Program-made: the position numbers and the translations under genes | Notes under the pieces: generated by a model | What the model saw: only the letters and a program-made list of their open reading frames with translations | Database searches by the model: none | What the model was told of the DNA's origin: nothing | DNA from: Thermoplasmata archaeon | Lineage (GTDB): Archaea > Thermoplasmatota > Thermoplasmata > UBA10834 | Reading direction: 5' to 3' | Length of the DNA stretch: 64,000 bases | NCBI GenBank assembly: GCA_038852315.1 | Contig: JAWCKF010000005.1 | Coordinates: 12,040 to 76,039 of the forward strand | Shown here: one piece after another, positions 63,242-64,000 of the stretch | How positions within the stretch are numbered: the first letter of the stretch is position 1 | Layout of the letters: each line of letters starts with the position of its first letter

Positions 63242-64000
63242 CTAGTCCAAGCCGTGCGCGCTTATGTCCTTGTCGGCCCGCTTCACTATCGCTTCGAACT
63301 CGCGAGCGACTTCAGGTTCGAGCGGCTGCACGAAGTGCTCTTTCATGATTGCCGCCACCTTCTCCCTGGCCCTGTCGACGACCGTCTTTCTTCCGTCGGC
63401 CTCCCACTTGTCGCCTGTCCGCCTGTCCGTTATGCCAGTGATGAAGTGCTCCTTACTCAGCCACTGCATCGTGTGTCGCTCGGCAAGATAGCTCCCGCCG
63501 GGGCCAACCTTCTTGATGAGGTCCACCGCCAGATGATCATCATCCACCGTCACACCGTAGGCGAGCCTCGCCATTATCCGTGCCATCTCGTCGTCGATCA
63601 CCATCTGCTCGTAGGAGAGCATAGTCACGTCGTCCAGCAGGCCCAGGCCAGCTATCATGTCGCACCCGGCATAGAACTGAGGCATGCCGCTGGACATCTT
63701 CTCATAACAGGCCTGAGGGCCGGGCATCTTCGCAGAGGTCACTATCCCTCCGCAGAGTATCGGGAAGCCATACATGTGCGCCAACTCTCCCGCCCCGGCA
63801 GATATGAGCGCTCGCTCGGGGCCGCCCCCCGCCCAGGTCATGGTGCGCATGTCGAAAGCTGCGCCGCCAGTGCCGTACATGAATGGGGAGCCAGGCGCGG
63901 CTAGCTGCGCCATCGTGAGCCCAGCTAGCACCTCAGCGTTGTTGACTATCAGCGACCCGGCCAAAGTCACAGGTCCCGTCGCGCCTGCCTGAGGCATGCC
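63242..64000 (-). CDS. MttB-superfamily (trimethylamine methyltransferase-like) protein, C-terminal part; gene continues beyond the window
   Basis: ORF track 63242..63997; the frame is open to the window edge. GATGPVTLAGSLIVNNAEVLAG..., FMYGTGGAAFDMRT and the C-terminal helical part are typical of MttB/MtgB-like proteins. The visible part has no in-frame TAG. Confidence 0.7.
   Translation of the reverse strand, partial: GMPQAGATGPVTLAGSLIVNNAEVLAGLTMAQLAAPGSPFMYGTGGAAFDMRTMTWAGGGPERALISAGAGELAHMYGFPILCGGIVTSAKMPGPQACYEKMSSGMPQFYAGCDMIAGLGLLDDVTMLSYEQMVIDDEMARIMARLAYGVTVDDDHLAVDLIKKVGPGGSYLAERHTMQWLSKEHFITGITDRRTGDKWEADGRKTVVDRAREKVAAIMKEHFVQPLEPEVAREFEAIVKRADKDISAHGLD

Noticed and set aside
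63242-64000. In-frame amber (pyrrolysine) codon in the MttB-family gene.
   Set aside because: The visible 252 codons contain no TAG. I cannot see the N-terminal part, so only the visible region is excluded.
1-64000. Scan for tRNA, rRNA, CRISPR arrays and insertion sequences.
   Set aside because: I saw no T-loop (GGTTCGAATCC-like) contexts in intergenic regions. I saw no regularly spaced direct repeats and no rRNA-like conserved stretches. This was an eye scan only; tRNAscan-SE, Rfam and CRISPR detection tools should confirm it.

Overview
This is a GC-rich segment (by eye about 55-60 % GC, not computed) from an archaeal chromosome, and it is densely coding. The archaeal assignment rests on a PriS-like primase, a PAC2 proteasome-assembly chaperone, pyruvoyl arginine decarboxylase next to deoxyhypusine synthase, a type-A-like RNase P RNA, and AT-rich TATA-like boxes about 25-30 nt ahead of several starts. 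Gene content is compatible with Thermoplasmatota or another euryarchaeal lineage, but I cannot assign taxonomy without a search.

Gene order, left to right:
- PriS-like primase, two convergent lysine-rich micro-ORFs, a Ras/Rab-like small GTPase and an amidohydrolase.
- PAC2 and Hsp20, a saccharopine-dehydrogenase-like enzyme, the ADP-forming acyl-CoA synthetase alpha subunit, a DUF5679-type zinc-ribbon ORF and an MFS transporter.
- A roughly 700 bp AT-rich non-coding island.
- A wHTH regulator, an isoaspartyl peptidase with an EF-Tu-domain-2-like ORF upstream, a GAF histidine kinase and an SDR.
- A redox/iron group: rubrerythrin-like protein, homoserine dehydrogenase, rubredoxin (missed by the ORF track), sdhCDAB, bacterioferritin-like protein, cyclophilin-like protein, SDR and iron-sulfur flavoprotein.
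- M29 aminopeptidase, a GNAT, moaA-moaE-moaC-moaB-moeA, two more GNATs and an M55 peptidase.
- A double-GAF histidine kinase, an AAA-VWA fusion, pdaD-dys, and a metallophosphoesterase with a nucleotidyltransferase-fold protein.
- Two class-III aminotransferases, an APC permease, a tandem HTH regulator and a CBS protein.
- A degenerate REC-PAS-kinase with an overlapping DUF116 gene.
- RNase P RNA, the chemotaxis operon (mcp-cheW-cheY-cheB-cheA-cheC-cheD) and divergent cheR.
- ilvB-ilvN-ilvC-FAH-ilvE, a PLP enzyme, and the 3' part of an MttB-family methyltransferase.

I found no rRNA, tRNA, CRISPR array, transposase or recognisable defence island, and I cannot point to a clear novel multi-gene system.

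Observations most worth a second look:
- Two genes whose conserved N-termini lie upstream of any ATG/GTG/TTG, suggesting CTG or another near-cognate start.
- The tandem lysine-rich micro-ORFs.
- The degenerate sensor kinase with its overlapping DUF116 gene.
- The internally duplicated HTH regulator divergent from the permease.
- The metallophosphoesterase plus nucleotidyltransferase-fold pair.
- The non-pyrrolysine MttB homologue.

All family calls come from motif recognition by eye. No database search, alignment or RNA-folding computation was run.
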